From sequence record SRR31156797_1106: DNA of 26,025 bases, one strand, 5' to 3'. Within the stretch, counting starts at the first letter, position 1. Every line of letters starts with the position of its first letter. The position numbers were made by a program, and so were the translations under genes. Positions 1 through 7,699 of the stretch are shown piece by piece. Under the pieces are notes generated by a model that did not search any database, was not told where the DNA came from, and worked only from the letters and a program-made list of their open reading frames with translations.

Positions 1-994
1 GTGGGAGGTGCAGATTCTTTCCGACGTAAAGGGGATTGATCAGTTTGTACTACGTACTATTGTCTTGGTTGGATCATTTTTTGTATTTGTGATCATGGTG
101 ATTCTTCTATTCTGGCAGCATCAACAACGGTTGGCAGAGCGGCATCGATACGAAGAAAATTCCCGTAAGTTGCTGGAAGATGCTAACGAAGAGCTCGAAT
201 CAAGAGTGGTAGTTAGGACGGTTGAGTTGACCGAGTCTAATGTAAAATTAAGACAGGAAATTGAAGAACGGCAAAAAACTGAAGAGCAGTTGCGACGGGC
301 AAGGAAGGAATTGATTCATACCGCCAAATTGGCAGCTTTGGGGCAGATGTCAGCCGGGATTACCCATGAATTAAACCAGCCGCTTGCAGCAATTCGAGTT
401 TACTCGGATAATGCCGTGCAGCTTCTTCAGCAGCATCGTAGCGGAGATGCACTTTGGAATCTGGAACAAATAAGTGAGTTAACCGAAAGAATGGCTGAGC
501 TCGGCGCACAACTTAAGCTGTTTGCCAGAAAAAACAGCGGCAAGGTTGATACTGTACCGCTTCATGGTTCTCTTGACGGAGCATTGGAAATACTTGGACC
601 GGTCATACGAAAATCAGGTGTCCAGCCCGATATCCGGATTGATCCTGATGATCTGGAAGTACAGGCTAATAATGTCTTATTACAGCAAGTGTTTGTCAAT
701 TTAATTAGTAACGCACTCCATGCTGTGAAAAATGAGAAGGTCAAAAAAATCGAAATATTGGCTCATCGGGTTGATAAAAATGTGTACGTGGTGGTTCAAG
801 ATAGTGGATCGGGAATCGATACAAAACATGCTGAGCAGATATTCGATCCTTTTTTTACGACCAAGGAACCTGGACAGGGGCTAGGGCTGGGGTTGACAAT
901 TTCCTCTCGAATTATAAAAGAAATGGGTGGTACGCTTGCCCTCGTCGACAGGTCTATCGGTACTTGTTTTGAAATTCAATTAAAAGCACCATAA
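1..994 (+). CDS. dctB: C4-dicarboxylate sensor histidine kinase DctB (5' end lies upstream of the window)
   Basis: Frame is open from the window edge (W-E-V-Q-I-L). TM helix, coiled coil, H-box AKLAALGQMSAGITHELNQPL, N-box QVFVNLISNA, DSGSG, FDPFFTTK and GLGLGL motifs. Directly upstream of a sigma-54 response regulator and dctPQM. Confidence 0.9.
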   Translation, partial: WEVQILSDVKGIDQFVLRTIVLVGSFFVFVIMVILLFWQHQQRLAERHRYEENSRKLLEDANEELESRVVVRTVELTESNVKLRQEIEERQKTEEQLRRARKELIHTAKLAALGQMSAGITHELNQPLAAIRVYSDNAVQLLQQHRSGDALWNLEQISELTERMAELGAQLKLFARKNSGKVDTVPLHGSLDGALEILGPVIRKSGVQPDIRIDPDDLEVQANNVLLQQVFVNLISNALHAVKNEKVKKIEILAHRVDKNVYVVVQDSGSGIDTKHAEQIFDPFFTTKEPGQGLGLGLTISSRIIKEMGGTLALVDRSIGTCFEIQLKAP

Positions 995-1003
995 TACAAA
1001 TTT

Positions 1004-2359
1004 ATGAAAGTTCTAACTAAGGTCCTTTTCATTGATGATGAAAAGCATATTCGCAAGGCAAACCGCCAGACCCTTGAACTAGCAGGGTTGGAGGTTATTT
1101 CGTTTGATTGTGCGGAAAAAGCTTTTGATGTCATTACCAAAGATTGGCCAGGAGTAGTTGTCTGTGATATTCGTCTCCCAGGAATGAGTGGTATGGATCT
1201 ACAGGAGAAAATCAATGGTCTAGACCGGGATCTGCCTGTTATTCTTATAACCGGTCATGGCGATGTTTCCACTGCAGTCAAGGCAATGCGAAATGGTGCC
1301 TATGATTTTTTAGAGAAACCCTACGCACCAGAGCGGTTTGTTAAAACCGTGACCAGGGCGCTTGAAAAACGGATGTTAACCCTTGAGAACCGACTCCTTC
1401 GTTCAGAGCTGGAAGTACACAGCGCACCAGGACCAAGAATTATAGGCGTAACACCAGCAACGAAAAGACTTCGGGCGACGATTGCTCAGGTAGCAGATAC
1501 CGGAGCCGATGTTTTGATTGTTGGTGAAACAGGGACAGGAAAAGAGTTGGTAGCAAGATCTCTCCATGAGCACAGCAGCAGGAGAAATAATAATTTTGTT
1601 GCAGTTAACTGTGGAGCCATTGCTGAGAATCTGATTGAAAGTGAACTGCTGGGGCATGAAGCCGGCGCTTTCACAGACGCAAAAAATATAAGGGTCGGAA
1701 AATTTGAACATGCCAATGGTGGTACCCTCATGCTTGATGAAATTGAGAGCATGCCGCTCCAGATGCAGGTGCATCTCCTACGTGTTCTCCAAGAGCGTGC
1801 AGTGGAACGATTGGGGTCTAATAAGCTTATCCCTTTGGATCTTCGGGTAGTTGCTGCTGCTAAGGTTGATTTAATAGAGGCATCTGACAGAGGCGAATTC
1901 AGGAAAGATCTTTATTATCGACTGAATGTTGTATGCATTGAGATTCCGCCCCTCCGGCACCGACGGGAAGATATTCCCCTCCTGTTCCATCATTATCTGC
2001 TTGTGGCCGGACACCGTTATCAGCGAGAGGTGCCAGCTCCGCAACCGGCGGAAGTAAACATGTTAATGACCTATGATTGGCCAGGGAACGTTAGGGAATT
2101 GCGTAACCTGGCCGAGCGTTATGTACTCTTGGGAAGTCAGTCCGATTGGTCGGTTGAACAGTTGTTATCAGGTGAAGTGACAGAACTCTCTGGGAGTCTT
2201 CACCAGCAAGTAGAAATGTTTGAAAGGGCCTTGTTAGAGCAGGCTCTGAGTGCACATAAGGGGTCACTCAAGGGGGTTATGGCATCCCTGTCATTACCGA
2301 GAAAGACGCTCTATGATAAACTGCAAAAGTACGGTTTGGATAAAAACGATTTTAAATAG
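1004..2359 (+). CDS. dctD: Sigma-54-dependent response regulator DctD (REC-AAA+-HTH)
   Basis: REC domain (FIDDE, CDIRLPGMSG, ITGHGD), Walker A GETGTGKE, GAFTDA loop, LDEIESM, WPGNVREL and C-terminal HTH (LPRKTLYDKL). Confidence 0.93.
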   Translation: MKVLTKVLFIDDEKHIRKANRQTLELAGLEVISFDCAEKAFDVITKDWPGVVVCDIRLPGMSGMDLQEKINGLDRDLPVILITGHGDVSTAVKAMRNGAYDFLEKPYAPERFVKTVTRALEKRMLTLENRLLRSELEVHSAPGPRIIGVTPATKRLRATIAQVADTGADVLIVGETGTGKELVARSLHEHSSRRNNNFVAVNCGAIAENLIESELLGHEAGAFTDAKNIRVGKFEHANGGTLMLDEIESMPLQMQVHLLRVLQERAVERLGSNKLIPLDLRVVAAAKVDLIEASDRGEFRKDLYYRLNVVCIEIPPLRHRREDIPLLFHHYLLVAGHRYQREVPAPQPAEVNMLMTYDWPGNVRELRNLAERYVLLGSQSDWSVEQLLSGEVTELSGSLHQQVEMFERALLEQALSAHKGSLKGVMASLSLPRKTLYDKLQKYGLDKNDFK

Positions 2360-2380
2360 ACCTTCTCTGTTTCCTGCGGC

Positions 2381-2432
2381 GGGTAGGCTTCCGCCTCCAA
2401 TCTCGGTGCTAATGGGTGGTTTCTCACCCATT
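2381..2432. promoter_or_regulatory. Tandem putative DctD upstream activator sites
   Basis: GGGTAGGCTTCCGCCT (2381-2396) and AATGGGTG-N6-CACCCATT (2411-2432, perfect 8-bp arms). Cores are 33 bp apart and resemble the rhizobial DctD site GTGCGG-N4-CCGCAC. They lie ~80-125 bp upstream of a -24/-12 promoter. Confidence 0.6.
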
Positions 2433-2476
2433 GGTACATCTCTTAGACCACGTTTTTATTTCGGTATCCAATACAT

Positions 2477-2489
2477 TTTCAATCAGTTA
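2477..2489 (+). promoter_or_regulatory. IHF-like binding site
   Basis: TTTCAATCAGTTA, one mismatch to WATCAANNNNTTR, located between the upstream sites and the sigma-54 promoter. Confidence 0.45.
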
Positions 2490-2507
2490 GCATTAGTTTG
2501 TGCATAG

Positions 2508-2523
2508 TGGTCCTGTAATTGCA
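2508..2523 (+). promoter_or_regulatory. Sigma-54 (-24/-12) promoter for dctPQM
   Basis: TGGTCC-TGTAA-TTGCA has exact GG-N10-GC spacing and is close to the consensus TGGCAC-N5-TTGCW. It sits downstream of dctD. Confidence 0.8.
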
Positions 2524-2672
2524 TATTTTAGGTGACAAGCCATGACTGGTTTGAATCTCTAACCCTGTTTCGTAGGAATTATGGGTTAGGCCTGCCCGTT
2601 CGTCTTGGCAGGGATCATCGATATTCGGCATTTGCCGTAATGTATCACCCTGAAAAATAATTGGAGGATTGT

Positions 2673-3665
2673 ATGTTTCACAAAGTTACAATGGCAGCAG
2701 CAGCATTAACAATTACAGCAGCTCTTGCAGCCGGACCTGTATTGGCTAAGCCGGTGGTCATCAAATTTTCCCATGTCGTAGCAGAGAATACCCCTAAAGG
2801 CCAGATGGCCAATAAATTCAAGGATCTTATCGCTGAAAAGCTTGGGGACAAGGTAGTGGTCGAGGTTTATCCTAATTCTCAGCTTTTTGGTGACAATAAA
2901 GTGCTTGAGGCCATGTTGCTGGGTGATGTACAGATGGCTGCTCCTTCTTTGTCTAAATTTGAAAGATACACTAAGAAAGTTGCTTTATATGATCTCCCTT
3001 TTTTGTTTGAAGACATTGCAGCAGTAGATAAATTTCAATCGAGTAAAGATGGGCAGGAGATGCTCAATGCGATGAAAAAGAAAGGCCTTGTTGGTCTTGG
3101 TTATCTACACAATGGAATGAAACAGCTTTCTTCTTCGCAAGCGCTGAAAGTGCCTGCCGATGCAGCTGGTCTCAAATTCAGGATTATGTCTTCTGACGTT
3201 CTTGCAGAACAGTTTAAGGCTGTAAAGGCAACACCGTTGAAAAAGCCTTTTTCAGAAGTTTTTACCCTGCTGCAAACCAAGGCCATCGATGGACAGGAAA
3301 ACACCTGGTCTAATATTTACTCAAAAAAATTCTTTGAGGTACAACCTTACATAACAGAATCTAATCATGGTTTGCTTGATTATATGGTCGTGACGTCAAC
3401 AGAATTTTGGATGGATCTTGCTGACGACGTACGTGCAGAAGTGAAAAGCGCTCTTGAAGAGGCAATTACATTTGGTAATCAAGTTGCCGCTGAAAAAGCA
3501 AAATCTGATAAGCAAAAGATCATTGACTCAAAACGAAGCCAGGTCATTGAGTTGACACCGGAAGAAAGAGCACAATGGGTGGAGGTTATGAAGCCTGTTT
3601 GGGGTAAATTTGAGCATGAGATTGGTAAAGAATTGATCGATGCAGCTTATAACTCCAATAAATAA
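2673..3665 (+). CDS. dctP: TRAP transporter C4-dicarboxylate-binding periplasmic protein DctP
   Basis: GGAGG RBS before ATG 2673, Ala-rich signal peptide, IKFSHVVAENTPKG, GLKFRIM, FSEVFTLLQTKAIDGQENT. Confidence 0.95.
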   Translation: MFHKVTMAAAALTITAALAAGPVLAKPVVIKFSHVVAENTPKGQMANKFKDLIAEKLGDKVVVEVYPNSQLFGDNKVLEAMLLGDVQMAAPSLSKFERYTKKVALYDLPFLFEDIAAVDKFQSSKDGQEMLNAMKKKGLVGLGYLHNGMKQLSSSQALKVPADAAGLKFRIMSSDVLAEQFKAVKATPLKKPFSEVFTLLQTKAIDGQENTWSNIYSKKFFEVQPYITESNHGLLDYMVVTSTEFWMDLADDVRAEVKSALEEAITFGNQVAAEKAKSDKQKIIDSKRSQVIELTPEERAQWVEVMKPVWGKFEHEIGKELIDAAYNSNK

Positions 3666-3707
3666 AAAGAGGTTCGTTCCTATACGCGTTTTGATGCAAT
3701 AAATTCA

Positions 3708-3746
3708 AGGACAGGGGCGTTCATATTTCCCCTGTCCTCTCTTTTT
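3708..3746 (+). terminator. Stem-loop between dctP and dctQ (partial terminator or mRNA stabiliser)
   Basis: AGGACAGGGG-N11-CCCCTGTCCT followed by CTCTTTTT. Confidence 0.6.
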
Positions 3747-3762
3747 AATGAGGATCATCGCT

Positions 3763-4308
3763 ATGTTTTTGCGTGTTTTAAATCAAGTCGAAGAAGCGAT
3801 AATAAGCCTTCTTTTGATAACAACCACGCTTTTGGTTTTCCTGGATGTGGTTATGCGTTTCGGTTTTAATACCGGTTTTATGTGGACCCAGGAGCTCACT
3901 CTTCATATGTCTGCCTGGTTTGTTTTGTTCGGCACTTCTTATGGGATAAAAGTCGGCTCACATATAGGGGTTGATGCCTTTGTTAAGCTTTTTCCCCGTG
4001 GGATCAGAAGGTTGATTACCTTTATCGCTTGCTCCCTGTCACTCTCCTACTGTGGTCTTATCCTTTACGGAAGTTGGATATATCTCAGCAAAATGAAAAA
4101 GATAGGGATCGAACTTGAAGATCTTCCTATACCGACTTGGCTGGCCCATGGGATGTTATTGGTCGGTTTTGGTTTTATATCCATTCGTATTTTAATTTTA
4201 CTGTGGCAGGTTGTTATTGGTGAGGCTGACGGTTTTCGTCATGTTGATGAGGCCAAAGAAAGTATGGAAATTGTAGAAGAATTAAAGGAAGAGGAGGCCT
4301 GGTCATGA
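3763..4308 (+). CDS. dctQ: TRAP transporter small permease DctQ
   Basis: Four TM segments, W-x-x-E-L and HIGVD motifs. ATG 3763 follows GAGG (alternative start 3748). The stop overlaps the dctM start (ATGA). Confidence 0.92.
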   Translation: MFLRVLNQVEEAIISLLLITTTLLVFLDVVMRFGFNTGFMWTQELTLHMSAWFVLFGTSYGIKVGSHIGVDAFVKLFPRGIRRLITFIACSLSLSYCGLILYGSWIYLSKMKKIGIELEDLPIPTWLAHGMLLVGFGFISIRILILLWQVVIGEADGFRHVDEAKESMEIVEELKEEEAWS

Positions 4309-5705
4309 CAACTGCAGCGCTTTTTATATTGCTTTTTGGCTGCATGCTCATTGGGATGCCCATTGCGCTAGCGCTTGGCCTTTCCAGTATCGCTACCATT
4401 CTCTTTTTCTCCAGTGACTCACTTGCCTCTATTGCATTGAAACTGTTTGAGGCGTTGTCAGAGCATTATACTTTACTGGCTATTCCGTTTTTTATAATGT
4501 CATCCGCGTTTCTCTCTACTGGTGGTGTTGCCAAGCGTATTATCCGCTTTGCGCTTAGTCTTGTCGGACACATTCGCGGTGGTTTGGCAATGGCATCAGT
4601 CATGGCGTGTATGATATTTGCAGCCGTGTCTGGGTCTTCACCTGCAACAGTGGCAGCTATTGGCTCCATTGTTATTGTCGGCATGGTACGGGCTGGCTAC
4701 CCAGAGAGCTTTGCCGCAGGTGTCATTACCAATGCCGGTACATTGGGGATTTTGATTCCACCCTCCATTGTTATGCTCGTGTATGCAGCTGCTACTGAGG
4801 TTTCTGCTGCGAGAATGTTTATGGCAGGATTTATACCTGGCCTGATGATGGGCGGGATTTTGATGATAGCCATATATATTGCGGCCAGGATTAAAAAATT
4901 GCCAGCCATGCCCTGGAAGGGATTTGGGGAGGTCATTTCTGCTGGGTCGTCTGCCTTTGGCGGCCTGATGCTGATTATAATTGTCCTGGGTTCCATATAC
5001 GGAGGGATTGCCAGCCCCACTGAAGCCGCTGCAGTTTCTGCTGTTTATGCTTTTTTGGTCTCAATATTCGGTTACCGGGATGTTGGACCTTTAAAAGAAG
5101 TTGCATGGCGTAACAAAGGGGAAGGGGTTGGAAGTGCTGTGGCTCGTAATGTCGGGAAATGCATCGCCGCTGTCCCCAAATGCATCAATGACAAGGATGT
5201 GCGAAAGATCATACTTGATGCATCAAAAGTCAGTATCATGCTGCTGTTTATTATTGCCAATGCCATGCTGTTTGCGCACGTACTGACAACTGAACGTATT
5301 CCGCACCATCTTGCTGAACTAATTATTGGATGGGGACTTTCCCCCTGGATGTTTCTTATCGTGGTTAACATCCTGTTGCTCATGGCTGGTAATTTTATGG
5401 AACCATCAGCTATTTTGCTTATCATGGCTCCTATTTTGTTTCCCATCGCAGTTAAACTTGGCATTGATCCCATTCACCTTGGAATTATCATGGTAGTAAA
5501 TATGGAGATCGGAATGCTGACGCCTCCTGTTGGGCTTAATTTATTTGTAACTGCCGGAATAACAGGCAACAGTATCGGCTGGGTTATTCGTGCCTGTCTC
5601 CCATGGTTGATGTTGCTGCTCCTGTTTTTGGTTATTATTACCTACATCCCGCAAGTATCCCTTTTTCTCCCAGAGTTTCTGGATAAGTTGCATGGGTACA
5701 ACTAA
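4305..5705 (+). CDS. dctM: TRAP transporter large permease DctM
   Basis: LLAIPFF, FAAVSGSSPAT, GTLGILIPPS, PTEAAA, GIDPIHLG and TPPVGLNL motifs; highly hydrophobic. Confidence 0.95.
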   Translation: MTTAALFILLFGCMLIGMPIALALGLSSIATILFFSSDSLASIALKLFEALSEHYTLLAIPFFIMSSAFLSTGGVAKRIIRFALSLVGHIRGGLAMASVMACMIFAAVSGSSPATVAAIGSIVIVGMVRAGYPESFAAGVITNAGTLGILIPPSIVMLVYAAATEVSAARMFMAGFIPGLMMGGILMIAIYIAARIKKLPAMPWKGFGEVISAGSSAFGGLMLIIIVLGSIYGGIASPTEAAAVSAVYAFLVSIFGYRDVGPLKEVAWRNKGEGVGSAVARNVGKCIAAVPKCINDKDVRKIILDASKVSIMLLFIIANAMLFAHVLTTERIPHHLAELIIGWGLSPWMFLIVVNILLLMAGNFMEPSAILLIMAPILFPIAVKLGIDPIHLGIIMVVNMEIGMLTPPVGLNLFVTAGITGNSIGWVIRACLPWLMLLLLFLVIITYIPQVSLFLPEFLDKLHGYN

Positions 5706-5718
5706 GTAACCGTTGTTG

Positions 5719-5755
5719 AAAACACCTCTGGGTTTCTCAGGGGTGTTTTTGTTTT
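5719..5755 (+). terminator. Rho-independent terminator after dctM
   Basis: AAAACACCTCTGGG-TTT-CTCAGGGGTGTTTT hairpin with a T tract. Confidence 0.75.
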
Positions 5756-5790
5756 AGAGTAAGGTCAAACGATAAATTACGGAGGCCAAC

Positions 5791-6282
5791 ATGATTCCAC
5801 CGATTAATAAAGTTCTTTATGCTACTGATTTAGGAGAGCATACCAGACCAGTTTTTCGTCGTGCGGTGAGTCTTGCCCGCCGATATGATGCACTTCTGTT
5901 GATGGTTCATGTCGTGGAGCCTCTTGGGGCAGCTGGCAGCGCTATTGTCGAGACGTACCTTCCTGCTGAAACAGCAGAAAAAGTTCTCCAAGACGGGGGG
6001 ATGCATGATGTCCTGGAAAGAATGAAAAATAGGTTACGCCTCTTTGCTGAAGAGGAGCTTGCTGGCGAGAGTGCAGAAAGAGTCCCTGACACAGAGTTCC
6101 ATGTTACGCTTGGCACCCCAAGCAGGGAACTGCTAAGAATTGCAGAAGAGAACAATGTTGATGTTATCGTCATGGGGAAAAGCGCACATTCCTTTTTTGG
6201 CAACACTATGATGGGGACGTGTGCTCGTCGGATTACCCGTCACAGTAATATTCCGGTCTACCTGGTCCCTAATAACGACTGA
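5791..6282 (+). CDS. Universal stress protein (UspA family, TeaD-like TRAP-associated)
   Basis: INKVLYATD, MVHVVEP, DVIVMG...MGT..RRITRHSNIPVYLVP; GGAGG RBS. Confidence 0.92.
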   Translation: MIPPINKVLYATDLGEHTRPVFRRAVSLARRYDALLLMVHVVEPLGAAGSAIVETYLPAETAEKVLQDGGMHDVLERMKNRLRLFAEEELAGESAERVPDTEFHVTLGTPSRELLRIAEENNVDVIVMGKSAHSFFGNTMMGTCARRITRHSNIPVYLVPNND

Positions 6283-6287
6283 TTATT

Positions 6288-6323
6288 TTCTGCCTGGCTT
6301 GTTGGCCGGGCAGAATTTTTTTT
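6288..6323 (+). terminator. Rho-independent terminator after the USP gene
   Basis: TTCTGCCTGGCT-TGTT-GGCCGGGCAGAA followed by a run of T. Confidence 0.8.
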
Positions 6324-6356
6324 ACCCTGTCTCTTTTCTCTTTCTCATTCTTTACC

Positions 6357-6372
6357 TGGAATCAGTTATGCA
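6357..6372 (+). promoter_or_regulatory. Possible sigma-54 promoter for the cytochrome c gene
   Basis: TGGAAT-CAGTT-ATGCA has exact GG-N10-GC spacing, 84 bp upstream of ATG 6456 and after a terminator. The match to consensus is imperfect. Confidence 0.3.
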
Positions 6373-6455
6373 AAGAACAGCATTGCTGCTTTTCACCGCC
6401 TCATTTGAAAGTCTATCCTGTCAATTCTGCCAAAAACTGTATTGAAGAGGGTGAT

Positions 6456-6866
6456 ATGCAAAGCATGATGGTAATATGTGCGCTGACTATTTTTTTGAGT
6501 TGTTTTTCAGTAGATGGATATACTCGTCCTACAGAACGTTTTGATGAGCGCACGCAGATGTGCAGACTAATAGCTAAAACACCATTAGATTGGGAAAGCG
6601 AACCTTGGGGAACAGGAGGACGAAAATTTAGAGAAGTCTGCAAAAGTTGTCACTCAAGAGAAAGTGACAGCGGGGCACCTTTCCTCCACACTGAATCATA
6701 CACTTCTGCTGCCTGGAACCGTATATTTTCTAAACGGCGTAAAAAATGCGCTCGCAACGGCTCGTGGGACGTTCTCTCTGAAGAGGAATTGTTGCTGGTC
6801 AACGATTACCTCTATCGTAACGGTGCCTGGACCTATGACCCTAATGACGCCGATTCCTGCGGTTGA
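6456..6866 (+). CDS. Exported monoheme c-type cytochrome with C-terminal Cys-Gly
   Basis: GAGG RBS before ATG 6456, N-terminal hydrophobic signal, G-x-x-x-F-x-x-x-CKSCH heme motif, class-I-like helix LSEEELLLVNDYL, ends DADSCG. Confidence 0.8.
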   Translation: MQSMMVICALTIFLSCFSVDGYTRPTERFDERTQMCRLIAKTPLDWESEPWGTGGRKFREVCKSCHSRESDSGAPFLHTESYTSAAWNRIFSKRRKKCARNGSWDVLSEEELLLVNDYLYRNGAWTYDPNDADSCG

Positions 6867-6985
6867 TGATGCTTTAGTTTCCGGTCGGAGACTGAAAAAG
6901 AGGTGAGGGATGTGCGAGCTGGTAGAAGTGTTTGGAGAACAGTTTATTGCCGCTGCAAGGTCCCTCTGTGATGCACAAACAGGTT

Positions 6986-7689
6986 TTAAACAGTGTGATC
7001 TGAGATCGCTTGTTCGTCCTGGGTGTTCACCTTTTGTGGGTTTTTACAAAAGGAAATTTGATCCCAATCAGAGTTTTGTGGGTGGATAAATCCAAGTAGT
7101 TCTGTCGTTTCGTAGGCTATTTTGATCCCAACTTCATAATATCGGAAGCTTCGTTTGGAGTAACAGTAAAACCAATTTTTTCGGCATCTACCATGACAAA
7201 GGTGTCACCGCCATAAGCTGTATCCATGACCAGTGCACCTATTCCTGGATCTTCAAGAGGGGACTGTTTTTACAGAAATTTTTCCCACTTTACTGTGCAA
7301 CATGTCGCTGTGACATAAATCAACCCGTCAGGCGGTTCAAGAATTATGTTGGGCTTTGGTTCTTCCATTTTAACAATACCGGTTTCCAGTAGGCCGATAC
7401 TGACACAGATGGAGTGAGAACCACGAACACCTGAGGTGTCTGCACCGGTACGGTGATGATTCATCCCATCTGGGCGTTAGAATTTTTGGAAGGATCTAAC
7501 AGGTTACATGGCGCCAGACATCTCTGGCTGGCTCGTTTAACAGTATTAAGTAAGGTCCCATCTTTAGCGATCGATTGTGCCTGTTCCCATATAGTTTTTC
7601 CTGGAGGTGATCAGACTCTATCCACTATCGCATCTCCAACTTCGCCTTTTGTGTGCAACCAGCGATACCCATACTTTTTGGGTCCTCAT
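6986..7689 (-). pseudogene. Proline racemase family pseudogene (trans-3-hydroxy-L-proline dehydratase / Brucella PrpA-like), frameshifted and 3'-truncated
   Basis: Manual minus-strand translation across frames gives MRTQKV / IAGC / HTKGEVGDAIVDRV*SPPGKTIWEQ / LLNEPARDVWRHV / NLLDPSKNSNAQMG*II / GSHSICVSIGLLETGIVKMEEP..IILEPPDGLI / DTAYGGDTFVMVDA / EVGIKI..LGFIHP..DWDQISFC. These blocks are colinear with family motifs as I recall them (GCHAEGEVGDVIVGG, LNEPRGG, SGSNSICVS, DTAYGGDSF). Confidence 0.85.
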
Positions 7690-7699
7690 ATATTTGTAA

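Noticed and set aside
1640..1682. GAFTDA instead of GAFTGA in DctD
   Set aside because: A common variant among sigma-54 activators, and a good -24/-12 promoter lies just downstream.
6874..6897. Minus-strand QSPTG resembling the racemase-family DRSPTGT motif
   Set aside because: It is about 95 nt from the last homologous block where about 25 nt would be expected, is very short, and coincides with a hairpin. Probably chance.
6864..6971. Read-through of both TGAs extending the cytochrome by about 33 aa
   Set aside because: Tandem Sec codons are improbable and the extension has no recognisable features.
7270..7464. 64-aa minus-strand ORF as an independent gene
   Set aside because: It is an internal fragment of the frameshifted proline-racemase-family pseudogene.
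7460..7613. In-frame TGA codons in the racemase-like sequence as selenocysteine recoding
   Set aside because: They accompany multiple frameshifts and fall at non-Cys positions, so simple decay explains them.
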